From a bacterium (GTDB lineage Bacteria > Zhuqueibacterota > Zhuqueibacteria > Residuimicrobiales > Krinioviventaceae), in NCBI GenBank assembly GCA_963674595.2, contig CAXXFV010000016.1:736001-800000 (forward strand): a stretch of 64,000 bases of DNA. Direction: 5' to 3'. Positions 30,620 to 40,710 of this stretch are shown one piece after another. Position 1 is the first letter of the stretch, and each line of letters begins with the position of its first letter. Below the pieces are notes generated by a model, which saw only the letters and a list, made by a program, of their open reading frames with translations, had not been told where the DNA came from and made no database searches. The translations under genes were made by a program, and so were the position numbers.

Positions 30620-32068
30620 ATGAAATTTAAAACGCTATTTTTATGTTTATCTGTTTTTTTCATAACTGCTTCGGTCAATGGCCAGGCTGTTTATGAAAGA
30701 CTCATCTATTCTCATCCTTTAACTGATGGTTCCGCTGTAGCAGGTGAAACCATAACCCGTACCGGCGGTACATTTTTACCGGATAGTGGCTGGAAAGCGG
30801 ATACGGAAACCAGTCAGTTGATTATTAATCTGTCACAAACTTTACCATTTGAAGGAATGTTTGTCATTGATGTAACCAATTTTGACCCGGTTTCGCAGAA
30901 TGTGGCTGATAAACAACAAATAATAAATTTGTATTCTCGGTTATATTCAAATAACAAAGATATTTTTTATACGGTTGGTTCCTGGTGGAACGTTCGCACC
31001 GGAATTGGATATTCAGATGGACCGGGTGTGGCAGGATTCAAGTTTTTATCCGCACCTAAGGGGCTTGATACACGGGAAGAAATTCGTTGTATTCAAAGTG
31101 CAACCTGGGACCTGACCCGGACCTATGAGTTTAAAATCATCTGGAACCAGACAAATATTTACTGTTATCTGGACGATGTTGAGTTGGCTAATTTGAATTT
31201 TAATGGTCAGGTAGAGCCGTTTAAATATATTTTAATTGGCAGAGATAACATAGATATTTACAGAGGTCAGCCTGGTGTTGTTTACTCAAACTTGAGAATT
31301 TATGGTCCGGAACTTCCTCCTGAAGATATTACGCCTCCTGTTGTAAGCAATATCGGCAATATTCAGAATAACAAGATACGCTTGTTTTTTAGTGAAAATA
31401 TTGATAACGTTTCTGCTGAGAATGTTAATAATTATGTAATTAATCCGGCTATTTCTGTTTTATCTTCCACTTTATTAGAAGATAGCAGAACTGTAGAGTT
31501 ACTGGTATCCGGTTTTTCGGACAATAATGATTATTCCATTTCAATATCAAATGTTGCTGATAAAAGTGAGAATGCAAATAAAATTGATACGACTTTTGTA
31601 TATCATCACCCACCGGTTTTTAATGTTGCCGATATTTCCAGAACAGGCTATTATTTAAAGTCGGTCACATATGGTGACAGTGTTTACATCGACAGGGGAT
31701 ATGTCTTTACGGAGTTACCCGGTATTTTAAATAGTTATAAATATTTAATAACTGCGAATGGTGATAAGCTGCAATCCGACCCTGAATTCCTGACATTTAA
31801 TGTTAACATGGAAGCTAGTGTGATTGTTGCTTATGACAGTACATCGGCCCAAATTCCTTCCTGGCTTGCTCAATGGCAAAAATTATCTCTAATTGTAAAA
31901 AGTGACGATACGGTTTATGAATGTTATACGAAAAGTGTATCACCTTTTGAGGTTGTTTTGGGAGGCAATAGCAGCGGTACGTCATCCAGTATGTATCTTG
32001 TGTTTATCGCTCAAAAAGACGAAAATCCACCCGCGTCTCCAACCGGGCTTCAAGTCAGTCGTTTTTAG
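30620..32068 (+). CDS. Secreted beta-rich protein (lectin/Ig-like domains)
   Basis: Signal peptide MKFKTLFLCLSVFFITASVNG and an Ig-like module DITPP...FSENID..SAENVNNY.I. It ends DENPPASPTGL. Confidence 0.7.
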   Translation: MKFKTLFLCLSVFFITASVNGQAVYERLIYSHPLTDGSAVAGETITRTGGTFLPDSGWKADTETSQLIINLSQTLPFEGMFVIDVTNFDPVSQNVADKQQIINLYSRLYSNNKDIFYTVGSWWNVRTGIGYSDGPGVAGFKFLSAPKGLDTREEIRCIQSATWDLTRTYEFKIIWNQTNIYCYLDDVELANLNFNGQVEPFKYILIGRDNIDIYRGQPGVVYSNLRIYGPELPPEDITPPVVSNIGNIQNNKIRLFFSENIDNVSAENVNNYVINPAISVLSSTLLEDSRTVELLVSGFSDNNDYSISISNVADKSENANKIDTTFVYHHPPVFNVADISRTGYYLKSVTYGDSVYIDRGYVFTELPGILNSYKYLITANGDKLQSDPEFLTFNVNMEASVIVAYDSTSAQIPSWLAQWQKLSLIVKSDDTVYECYTKSVSPFEVVLGGNSSGTSSSMYLVFIAQKDENPPASPTGLQVSRF

Positions 32069-32094
32069 TGTTTAGGGTAAAATATAATCTGTAT

Positions 32095-34419
32095 TTAATT
32101 GGTTTCCTCAATTTTTTGATTTTTAAGGTTTAAAATACCATTTTTTATATTGGTAGTTTGGATGTTATGTGTTAACTGGTACATAATATGCAAAGTCGCC
32201 AAACAGAAGATAGTCGATTCAGATCCCTGGTTTTTATTTACCCCGCCACGTTGTAACCCATCGTAACAACCGCCTGTGCTAAAATCATAGAGACATTCAT
32301 TTGTATCGTTTTTCCCTAAATACCAGGAGAATGCAATGTTTATATAGTCTTTCCAGTAGGGATCGTTTGTAATTTCATATGCCTGAATACATGCTTCGAT
32401 TATACCTGGAATTTCTAAAGGTTGTTGATCAAATTGAGCCTTTTCTTTCCCTTTCGGATACCAGCCGGAATTTCCTATCAGGCTTAGTTTTTTATTTTTA
32501 CTGTCGGTTTGTATTTCTAAAAGCCAGTTAAGAGATTCCAAACCCTGGTTTATCATCAAGTTATTGTTAAAATATTTTCCGGCGGCTAACAACGCTTGTG
32601 GTATCCTTGCGTTTGCATAGGTTACTATATTTTCAAACCACGGCCATTTTTTGGTTGCATATTTTTTGTATGTATTGGATAGTTTTTTCGCAAATTCGTC
32701 TAAAGTGTTTTTTGTTTCAGTTTCACCGCTAAATCGATTTAAATAGTTTATACATCCTAAAATAGTATAGGAAATGGCGCGAAGGGCTTCCAATTCATTT
32801 ACAGATTGAAGCGCTTCTCTGAATAGATGGTTTGATAAAGACAGAATTGCATGATTCGGAGCATGCTTAATTGTAAAGCCTAAACTCCAAATCGATCTGC
32901 CATGACTGTCTTCAGAGCCTGCTTCTTTTGCCCACCTTCTTGAAAAGGACATAAAATTTCGAAACCGGTGTGTTTGTGGATGTAATGCATAGTGCAAAAA
33001 TGATAAATATCTATGTATTAATTTTAAGCCGGCCGGATCATGAAACAATTCATAATTCATAATCGCTACCATTAAAGCCCTGGAATTATCGTCTGTTGTA
33101 TAGCCGTCGAACCGGCTTGGAGTCCTGTAAATCGCATGTTGAAATATTCCTGTATCATCGGTAAGCTGCATCATATGATCTAGTGTGATTTCCGGTATTG
33201 AGATAGAGGTTTTAATGGAAATTATTTTTATCTGCCTGGTTTTATTATAATCGTAAATTGATTTTTCAAAAATTTGTTTGTAATGCTGTGCCACTTGGGG
33301 CCAAATCATTTTTCTTCCATATTTATAGGCATTTTTTCTGATTTTGTTTCTTTTGGATATATCGCCAAGTAAATAAAGGATTTTTTCTTCAATTTTTTTA
33401 AAATTCTTAAAAGGGACTAAAATACCCCGGTGATCAGCCAAAAGTTCCTGAGCATACCAATAAGGCGTTGAAATGATGGCTTTTCCGCAAGCCAGGGCAT
33501 AGGCCAATGTCCCTGAAGAAATTTGTTCTTTCGATAAATAGGGAGTGATATATACATCCGCAGCAACAAGAAACTGAATTAATTTGTCCAGCGAAACAAA
33601 TTGATTGTAAAAAATAACATGGTGCTCAAGACCAAGTTCCTTAACACGATGTTCAAGAGAAATTCTGTACTTTTCACCTTCATGTTTTTTTACATTAGGG
33701 TGTGTTGCTCCAAGTACAATGTAAAGAATTTCCGGATATTCTTTAACAACATTCGGTAAAGCCTCAATCACGTATTCAATGCCTTTGTTTTGGCTTAATA
33801 ATCCGAATGTAAGAATAACCTGTTTGTCTTCTGCATGAAAATTTGATTTATAGTACGAAGAGTCCAGAAAAGGGATGTCTGGTGTTCCATGAGGAATAAT
33901 ATGAATTTTTTGAGCAGGAACATCAAATATATCTGTGAGTAAATGGACTGCTTTTTGAGCCAAAACAACAACATTGGTAGACAATGTGCAAATTGCTTTT
34001 AATGTTTTTTTTTGAGAAGGGGTTGGTGATTCAAGCACCGTATGAAGTGTTGTTACAACCGGTTTTTTAAGATTGTTTAAAACATGAAGAATGTAATCAC
34101 CGTCATTACCTCCGAAAATTCCGAATTCGTGTTGAAGAGATATAACGTCGGCCTGTGAAATGTTTAGAAATTCAGCAGCTTCTAAATAATCTTCTCTGCG
34201 TTGTTGCCGTATTTCAAAATTGACTTCTTGAGGATATAAAAATTTTTCCAGAGTGTTCCTCATGGCAATAACACTGAAATTATTATTTGTATTTACTTCC
34301 AGTTGAGATATTTTTTGGAGGTTTGTTACAAGATCGTTTGTAAATGTGCCTATCCCGCAACGTTGTGGCGGATATGTGGCGATAAAAGCTGTGGAGAGAT
34401 TGTTTGTATTCAAACTCAT
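32095..34419 (-). CDS. GT4 glycosyltransferase fused to an (alpha/alpha)-barrel glycosidase-like domain
   Basis: TYPPQRCGIGTFT, LQHEFGIFGG, TFGLLSQNKGIE and SGTLAYALACGKAIISTPY. The C-terminal part has TDDTGIFQHA, GYTTDDNSRAL and FDQQP.E. Confidence 0.88.
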   Translation of the reverse strand: MSLNTNNLSTAFIATYPPQRCGIGTFTNDLVTNLQKISQLEVNTNNNFSVIAMRNTLEKFLYPQEVNFEIRQQRREDYLEAAEFLNISQADVISLQHEFGIFGGNDGDYILHVLNNLKKPVVTTLHTVLESPTPSQKKTLKAICTLSTNVVVLAQKAVHLLTDIFDVPAQKIHIIPHGTPDIPFLDSSYYKSNFHAEDKQVILTFGLLSQNKGIEYVIEALPNVVKEYPEILYIVLGATHPNVKKHEGEKYRISLEHRVKELGLEHHVIFYNQFVSLDKLIQFLVAADVYITPYLSKEQISSGTLAYALACGKAIISTPYWYAQELLADHRGILVPFKNFKKIEEKILYLLGDISKRNKIRKNAYKYGRKMIWPQVAQHYKQIFEKSIYDYNKTRQIKIISIKTSISIPEITLDHMMQLTDDTGIFQHAIYRTPSRFDGYTTDDNSRALMVAIMNYELFHDPAGLKLIHRYLSFLHYALHPQTHRFRNFMSFSRRWAKEAGSEDSHGRSIWSLGFTIKHAPNHAILSLSNHLFREALQSVNELEALRAISYTILGCINYLNRFSGETETKNTLDEFAKKLSNTYKKYATKKWPWFENIVTYANARIPQALLAAGKYFNNNLMINQGLESLNWLLEIQTDSKNKKLSLIGNSGWYPKGKEKAQFDQQPLEIPGIIEACIQAYEITNDPYWKDYINIAFSWYLGKNDTNECLYDFSTGGCYDGLQRGGVNKNQGSESTIFCLATLHIMYQLTHNIQTTNIKNGILNLKNQKIEETN

Positions 34420-34687
34420 ATCTACAATCCTTTTTCATGCGTTAATGTTTTTTTGTCGCATGCCCATTTTACATTTTAAACCTATATCGCAACAGAATGA
34501 ATGACTTGGGAGTTTTTAGATAGAAAATTCATGGAATTAAGTTTTTAAAGAAAAGTGTTTAGGAATCAAATAACGAGAATAGTCAAATTAAGATAACTGA
34601 AATATAATATTACTGTAAAAGTGTTGTCTATAATAACAAAAAGTTATTCCGAAAACTTTCATAAATTATTAAAAAAATGAGGTTCCG

Positions 34688-36553
34688 ATGTCTCTTGATG
34701 TGAGGAGAAGTTCAATTCGTTTTTATCCAAATTCCAAACGTGTAATTACTCGTTTTTTTGATTTGGGAAATGATTCCCGAAAAAAAAATATTATTAAAAA
34801 TATTTTATCTCTTTCTACAGTTGAATGTAATTTTCAGTTAAATCAGGTGCTCAGAGAGTTTTCCAATCGTCATAGAAATATTACCAAAGTTTTTAAAAAT
34901 CATTTTGAAAAGGTGCAAGACATTGTTGCCTCTCTGGATAATGATGTAAAGGCACTGCCTCGTGAAAAAAAGTTATTGATAGGCGCCTTTTTTACAAACG
35001 AGTATTCTTTAGAGTCCACTGCCTTTTTTAATCCGTCGATTGTTGAAGACCCTTATCAGGGTAATTTAAGCAAAGGAGAAAAACGGGTTATTCTAAGTTT
35101 TAGGGCTACCGGTGAAGGACATATTTCTTCAATTGCCTTTCGAAATGGCATTCTTTCAGAAAACAATCAACTAAACCTTGAAGAACCCGGTGATCTCGTG
35201 GACATGCCGGAGTTTGTAACACGATTTGAATATGAAAAGAGTACTTTTCTCAGCAAACTGGATGAGATGAATATTAAAAAAGACGTTATTGGAACGATAA
35301 TGGATAAATTGGATGAAAAGTTTACTTATGGACTGCTTTTGGGGGCCATTGATTCGGTTATTAAAAATCAGGAACTCTCCTATTCCAGAAAGAAAGTCAT
35401 TCAGGCAATGAAATGGCTGGCCTGTTCTCACTATGAAGTAACTTTTTCGATGGATACGGCCATTTCGGACAGGGTGTTGTTTCCGGTTTCCTATGCCGAA
35501 AAAAACGGAATTGAAGATGCAAGGTTTGTTAAATTTGTTGATGATGATGGTAGTGTTACTTATTATGCGACTTATACAGCCTATGACGGTTATGCCATTT
35601 TACCCAAGTTGATAGAAACGAAAGATTTTTATCATTTTGTTGTCAAACCTCTTCATGGTGATTACGCACAAAATAAAGGTCTGGCTCTTTTCCCCCGAAA
35701 AATTAATGGTTCTTATGCCATGTTATCGCGAATTGATGGCGTGAGCAATTATGTTATGTTCTCTGACGATATAACATTATGGGATTCCGCAAGTATCATC
35801 CAGTCGCCAAAATATCCCTGGGAATTTGTTCAAATTGGAAATGCGGGTTCACCGATTGAAACAGAATACGGTTGGCTGGTGATAACGCACAGTGTGGGCC
35901 CTGTAAGAACCTATAGTCTCGGGGCGATTTTATTGGACCTTGATGATCCAACAAGATTAATTGCTCGTTTAAAAGAACCTTTATTAAAGGCAAATGAAAA
36001 GGAAAGAGAAGGATATGTACCGAACGCCATTTATTCCTGTGGTGTAATGATTCATAATGGTGAAGTTATTATACCCTATGCGATGTCGGATTTTGCTTCT
36101 TCAATTGCAACAATTTCTCTGGAAAATTTGCTGTCTGAAATGGTGACCGAAAACAATACATCGTTTAAAGATTTTTTAAATACTAATAAAACATCCATTT
36201 TACTGGCAGATGATGATGCAACAATACGAAGATTATTAACAAAATTTTTAAGCGAACAGGGATTTTTGGTAACAGCCGTCAGTGATGGAATTGATGCGTT
36301 AATGCTGTTAGGGAGAGAAAAATTTGATCTTGTTTTATCAGATGTCGGCATGCCCAATTTTGATGGATTTCAATTGTTGCGGTTAATGAATGAAAAGGGT
36401 ATTGATATTCCTGTTGTGTTTCTTACAGGAAATTATACCAGTGAAAGTCTTGAAAAAAGTGCCGCTTTGGGTGCTGTGGAATATATTAAAAAGCCTGTTA
36501 AAGTAGATGAACTTTTGAAAATTCTTAACCGTTTGCTTGTTATTTCACAATAA
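34688..36553 (+). CDS. GH130-like glycosidase/phosphorylase with a C-terminal response-regulator receiver domain
   Basis: FNPSIV, GIEDARFV, NKG.ALFPRKING and REGYVPN..YSCG. The receiver starts near 36191: ILLADDD, DLVLSDVGMP..DG, FLTG and KP. Confidence 0.88.
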   Translation: MSLDVRRSSIRFYPNSKRVITRFFDLGNDSRKKNIIKNILSLSTVECNFQLNQVLREFSNRHRNITKVFKNHFEKVQDIVASLDNDVKALPREKKLLIGAFFTNEYSLESTAFFNPSIVEDPYQGNLSKGEKRVILSFRATGEGHISSIAFRNGILSENNQLNLEEPGDLVDMPEFVTRFEYEKSTFLSKLDEMNIKKDVIGTIMDKLDEKFTYGLLLGAIDSVIKNQELSYSRKKVIQAMKWLACSHYEVTFSMDTAISDRVLFPVSYAEKNGIEDARFVKFVDDDGSVTYYATYTAYDGYAILPKLIETKDFYHFVVKPLHGDYAQNKGLALFPRKINGSYAMLSRIDGVSNYVMFSDDITLWDSASIIQSPKYPWEFVQIGNAGSPIETEYGWLVITHSVGPVRTYSLGAILLDLDDPTRLIARLKEPLLKANEKEREGYVPNAIYSCGVMIHNGEVIIPYAMSDFASSIATISLENLLSEMVTENNTSFKDFLNTNKTSILLADDDATIRRLLTKFLSEQGFLVTAVSDGIDALMLLGREKFDLVLSDVGMPNFDGFQLLRLMNEKGIDIPVVFLTGNYTSESLEKSAALGAVEYIKKPVKVDELLKILNRLLVISQ

Positions 36554-36626
36554 TATTCTAAAAATTAATTCATTTTTTCATAAAGTTTTTGTAATATAAT
36601 TTTGACCTTATTATTACGGAAACGTT

Positions 36627-37478
36627 ATGAACAGTTTATGTTATATTAAAGCTTTATTCGTCCTTTATTTTTTGCTGATTTTACCGCAATTGGCCTTTAC
36701 CTTCTCTTCTGAATTGAACAATTCTATAGAATGTCATTCCTTTTTTTCAAATTCGTTAAATAAAAGAGTTGATTTCTCTATTTATATTCCTCAACAAACA
36801 CCGCCGGAAAATGGCTGGCCGATGTTATTTTTATTACATGGGCGGGGAAGGAATTATCGCTCTGTTATTGACGATTCCTTGCTTGTATCGTTTGTACTCA
36901 AGCAGCCCTATGTAATTGTTTTTCCAAACGGAGATGATGGGTGGTATATTGACAGCCCGGTTGTAAAAAATTCAAAATATCAATCGATGTTGCTGGAATT
37001 ATTAACACAAATTCGTTCAGAATATCCGGTTTCAAATCAAATTGAAAAAACAGGTGTTGCAGGCTGGAGCATGGGTGGATTTGGCGCTGTTCGATTGGCC
37101 CAGGATTCGGAATTGTTTGGCGCTGTTGCAACAACGATAGGTTTGATGGACTATCCAAATCCAAATTTGGACCCTGAACAAAATTATAAAAAAGGCCGGG
37201 ATGTTCCAACGGTTTTTACTCAAGACACGCTTGTTTGGAAGAGATATAATTGTTTGACCAATGCACATAAATTATCCGGGAAAAGAGTTCTGATTATTGG
37301 AGGACGGGGTGGTGCTGATTTACATATGAATTTTAATTTTCATAATGAACTGTTGTCCGAGGGTATTCCTCATAAATATATTTCTTATAACGGAGAGCAC
37401 GTTTGGAGCACGGTTCAGGCGACATTGCCGGTTATTTTTGATTTTATGAATCAAGTATTTTACTTAAAATCAGAATAG
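36627..37478 (+). CDS. Putative esterase (alpha/beta hydrolase, CE1-like)
   Basis: LFLLHG, nucleophile motif GWSMGG and GEH.W, with a signal peptide. Confidence 0.85.
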   Translation: MNSLCYIKALFVLYFLLILPQLAFTFSSELNNSIECHSFFSNSLNKRVDFSIYIPQQTPPENGWPMLFLLHGRGRNYRSVIDDSLLVSFVLKQPYVIVFPNGDDGWYIDSPVVKNSKYQSMLLELLTQIRSEYPVSNQIEKTGVAGWSMGGFGAVRLAQDSELFGAVATTIGLMDYPNPNLDPEQNYKKGRDVPTVFTQDTLVWKRYNCLTNAHKLSGKRVLIIGGRGGADLHMNFNFHNELLSEGIPHKYISYNGEHVWSTVQATLPVIFDFMNQVFYLKSE

Positions 37479-37568
37479 TTGGATATGGTAGGGATTTACC
37501 ACCTTTTATAAAACTAATATGAGTAATGCAAAATATTATTACTTTGGTTTGATTTTATTGTTTAGAGG

Positions 37569-37922
37569 ATGGGAATTATGTTTTGTCCAAAATGTAAAGC
37601 AGAATACCGGGAAGGATTTACAGAGTGTGCGGATTGTAAAGTAGCGCTGGTATGGGCGTTGGATGAACCTGAGCCGCCAGATCATGAATTTGAGGACGTT
37701 GAATTTGTAAAACTTTTGTATACTTATAACCTTGGTGATATTGTATTTATAAAAAGTGTTCTGGATGAACAAGATATCGTTTATTTTATCCAGGGTGAAA
37801 ATTTTACCTATGTTCGCGGTGGAATAGAACCCGCTGTTTTAATGGTAAAAAAACAAGATGTGGACGCCGCATCTGAGCTTTTAAAAGATATGGATATTAC
37901 TTTTTTACATTATAAATCCTGA
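37569..37922 (+). CDS. Zinc-ribbon plus DUF2007 (putative signal-transducing) protein
   Basis: MFCPKCKAEYREGFTECADC.V.LV followed by IKSVL....I.Y. Confidence 0.8.
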   Translation: MGIMFCPKCKAEYREGFTECADCKVALVWALDEPEPPDHEFEDVEFVKLLYTYNLGDIVFIKSVLDEQDIVYFIQGENFTYVRGGIEPAVLMVKKQDVDAASELLKDMDITFLHYKS

Positions 37923-37944
37923 TTAATATATTGGAAAATCAGAG

Positions 37945-40701
37945 GTGTTTATGCGCTTTCGTTTAAAACTGATTGTGTTTTTTTTGATTTTAGTATCTGG
38001 TTGTTTTGCTGATATAATACCGACATCTTTAAAATGTGAATATCGTGAAAATCCTGTTGGGATTGATGAACCGAAACCACGGTTTAGTTGGGTTTTAGAA
38101 TCAAACCAAAGGAACCAGGGCCAAACGGCTTTTCAAATTATTTGCGCCGGTAAAAAAGAACTTTTGCAAGACAAGGTCGGAGATTTGTGGGATAGCGGCA
38201 AAGTAAATTCTGATCAAACAGTACATGTGGTATATAATGGCAAACCATTTCAATCTAATAAAACTTATTATTGGAAAGTGAAAGTTTGGGATTCTCAAAA
38301 TCGTGCTTCCGAGTGGAGTGAACCTGAAAGTTTTACGATGGGATTGCTGAATTCTTCCGATTGGCAGGCGAAATGGATTCAGTATGATACCAATCCATTA
38401 AATGAAAATACGGAATTGCATTTACCCCCATGTCCGTATTTACGTAAAGATTTTACCGTTCAAAAAAAGGTTCAAAGAGCTTTTTTATACGTGTCTGCAC
38501 TTGGGCTGGTTGAAATGTCATTAAACGGACAAAAGGTTGGAAACGATTTTTTTACACCAGGCTGGACGGATTATAATAAACGGGTCTATTATTTTTCCTA
38601 TGATGTTACCCCTCTGATAAATTCCGGTGAAAATGTGATTGGGGCGATACTTGCCGAGGGGTGGTTTGCGGATTATATAGGTTATTCCATTCTCGTGAAC
38701 TGGCCGCAAAAAAAGAATTTTTATGGCAAAGTACCTGCCCTTTTAGCCCAACTGGTCGTCGAATATGCAGATGGTTCTCAGACAATCATTAAAACAGATG
38801 ACACATGGAAGGCGGCAACAGGTCCGATTAAGGAAGCAAGTATTCTCATGGGCGAAACCTTTGATGCACGATTAAAAATGGATGGTTGGAACACACCCGG
38901 TTTTAACGACAAAGAATGGACACCAGTCCAACCGGGACCTGTGTACTACGGAAAATTGCAAGCTTTTCCGGGAGTGCCGGTTCGGGAAACCCAGGAAATT
39001 AAACCGACAGAGATAACCGAACCCCGGTCCGGTGTTTATATTTTTAATATGGGACAAAATTTTGCCGGTCGGGTTCGGTTGAATATAAAAGGGGAAGTCG
39101 GTACCAAGGTTACATTACGTTTCGGTGAAATGTTACATCAGGATGGCACTTTGATGACGGAAAATCTACGTAAAGCCAGGGCCACCGATACATATATTTT
39201 GCGTGGTGATGCTGAAGGTGAAGTTTGGGAGCCTCAATTTACCTATCACGGATTTCAATATGTAGAGTTGACCGGATTACCCAATTCGCCGGACTTGGAA
39301 ACTTTGACCGGTATTGTTTTAAATTCCAACACACCGCGGACCGGTTTTTTTGAATGTTCAAACGATACGGTCAATAAACTTTATTCAAATATTGTCTGGA
39401 CGCAGCGGGCAAATTATTTTGATGTTCCTACGGACTGTCCACAGCGTGACGAACGTTTGGGGTGGACCGGTGATGCACAGATTTATACACGGTCAGCATC
39501 CTATAATATGGATATTGATGCTTTTTTTACAAAATGGTTGAGGGACCTTAACGACGCGCAGGACCCAAAAGGTTATTATCCGAATTTTGCACCGGTTGCT
39601 TTTCACCGTACCAGCGGTCAGCATTACTTTTTTTCGCCGGGCTGGATGGATGCGGGGATTATATGCCCCTATACTATTTATCAGGTGTATCAGGACAAGC
39701 GGGTGCTCGAACATTATTATGATAATATGAAAAAGCAAATCGAATTTTACGGCACTGTCAGTGAAAATTATACCTGTAAACAGGATATTGAAGCATGGGG
39801 CGACTGGCTTTCTTTTGGTTCCAAAACATCCAATCATTATATTGCAACCGCCTATTATGCTTATGATACCTTGTTAATGTCTGAGGTGGCTGCGATACTG
39901 GGTAAGGATGATGACAGCCGGTATTTTAAAAATTTGTTTACAAAAATTCAAAATGCTTTTCTTGAAAAATATTGGAAATCTGAAGGCATTTTTGTCGACG
40001 ATTCACAGACAACTTGTGCTATGGCAATTTATATGAAATTGCTGCCGGAAGATATTGAAAAAAGAGCGGCTGTAAGGCTGGCAGAACTTATTCGACAGAA
40101 CGGTAACCGTTTATCAACCGGTTTTATCGGCTGTAAACATTTACTACCGGCATTATCCGAACATGGCTATGATGACCTGGCTTATACTTTATTAACCAGT
40201 ACCGAATTTCCTTCATGGGGGTATGAAGTTGTAAATAATGCAACAACGATTTGGGAACGATGGGACAGTTATACGATTAAAGATGGTTTTAAAAAAGGAA
40301 TGAATTCATTCAGTCACTACGCTTTTGGCGCGGTTTGCGAATGGATGTTTCGATATATGGCCGGTATTGATATGGAAGGGTATGGTTTTAAAAATATTAT
40401 TATCAGGCCGCGAATTTCCAGGGATAAAATTTCCTATGTTAATGCCGATTACAATTCCATACATGGAAAAATCTCATCTCATTGGCAAAGGGAGGGAAAT
40501 AACGTTAAATTGGATGTAACGATTCCGGCTAATACCACGGCGTTGGTATATGTTCCATCTCCGAATAAAAAAGAGATATTCGAAAATGGAACCGTAATTG
40601 GTAAGCATAAAGATATAAAAAGTATTTCATCTGATGACGGATGTACTGTTGTTCAGATCGGATCAGGGCCTTATAAATTTTCTTTCAATCTGACCGACTA
40701 A
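37945..40701 (+). CDS. GH78 alpha-L-rhamnosidase
   Basis: Motifs PRFSW, PGWTDY.KR, GQNFAG, FTYHGFQYVE, PTDCPQRDERLGWTGDA, TTIWERW and MNSFSHYAFG. Confidence 0.95.
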   Translation: MFMRFRLKLIVFFLILVSGCFADIIPTSLKCEYRENPVGIDEPKPRFSWVLESNQRNQGQTAFQIICAGKKELLQDKVGDLWDSGKVNSDQTVHVVYNGKPFQSNKTYYWKVKVWDSQNRASEWSEPESFTMGLLNSSDWQAKWIQYDTNPLNENTELHLPPCPYLRKDFTVQKKVQRAFLYVSALGLVEMSLNGQKVGNDFFTPGWTDYNKRVYYFSYDVTPLINSGENVIGAILAEGWFADYIGYSILVNWPQKKNFYGKVPALLAQLVVEYADGSQTIIKTDDTWKAATGPIKEASILMGETFDARLKMDGWNTPGFNDKEWTPVQPGPVYYGKLQAFPGVPVRETQEIKPTEITEPRSGVYIFNMGQNFAGRVRLNIKGEVGTKVTLRFGEMLHQDGTLMTENLRKARATDTYILRGDAEGEVWEPQFTYHGFQYVELTGLPNSPDLETLTGIVLNSNTPRTGFFECSNDTVNKLYSNIVWTQRANYFDVPTDCPQRDERLGWTGDAQIYTRSASYNMDIDAFFTKWLRDLNDAQDPKGYYPNFAPVAFHRTSGQHYFFSPGWMDAGIICPYTIYQVYQDKRVLEHYYDNMKKQIEFYGTVSENYTCKQDIEAWGDWLSFGSKTSNHYIATAYYAYDTLLMSEVAAILGKDDDSRYFKNLFTKIQNAFLEKYWKSEGIFVDDSQTTCAMAIYMKLLPEDIEKRAAVRLAELIRQNGNRLSTGFIGCKHLLPALSEHGYDDLAYTLLTSTEFPSWGYEVVNNATTIWERWDSYTIKDGFKKGMNSFSHYAFGAVCEWMFRYMAGIDMEGYGFKNIIIRPRISRDKISYVNADYNSIHGKISSHWQREGNNVKLDVTIPANTTALVYVPSPNKKEIFENGTVIGKHKDIKSISSDDGCTVVQIGSGPYKFSFNLTD

Positions 40702-40710
40702 GAGTACGTT

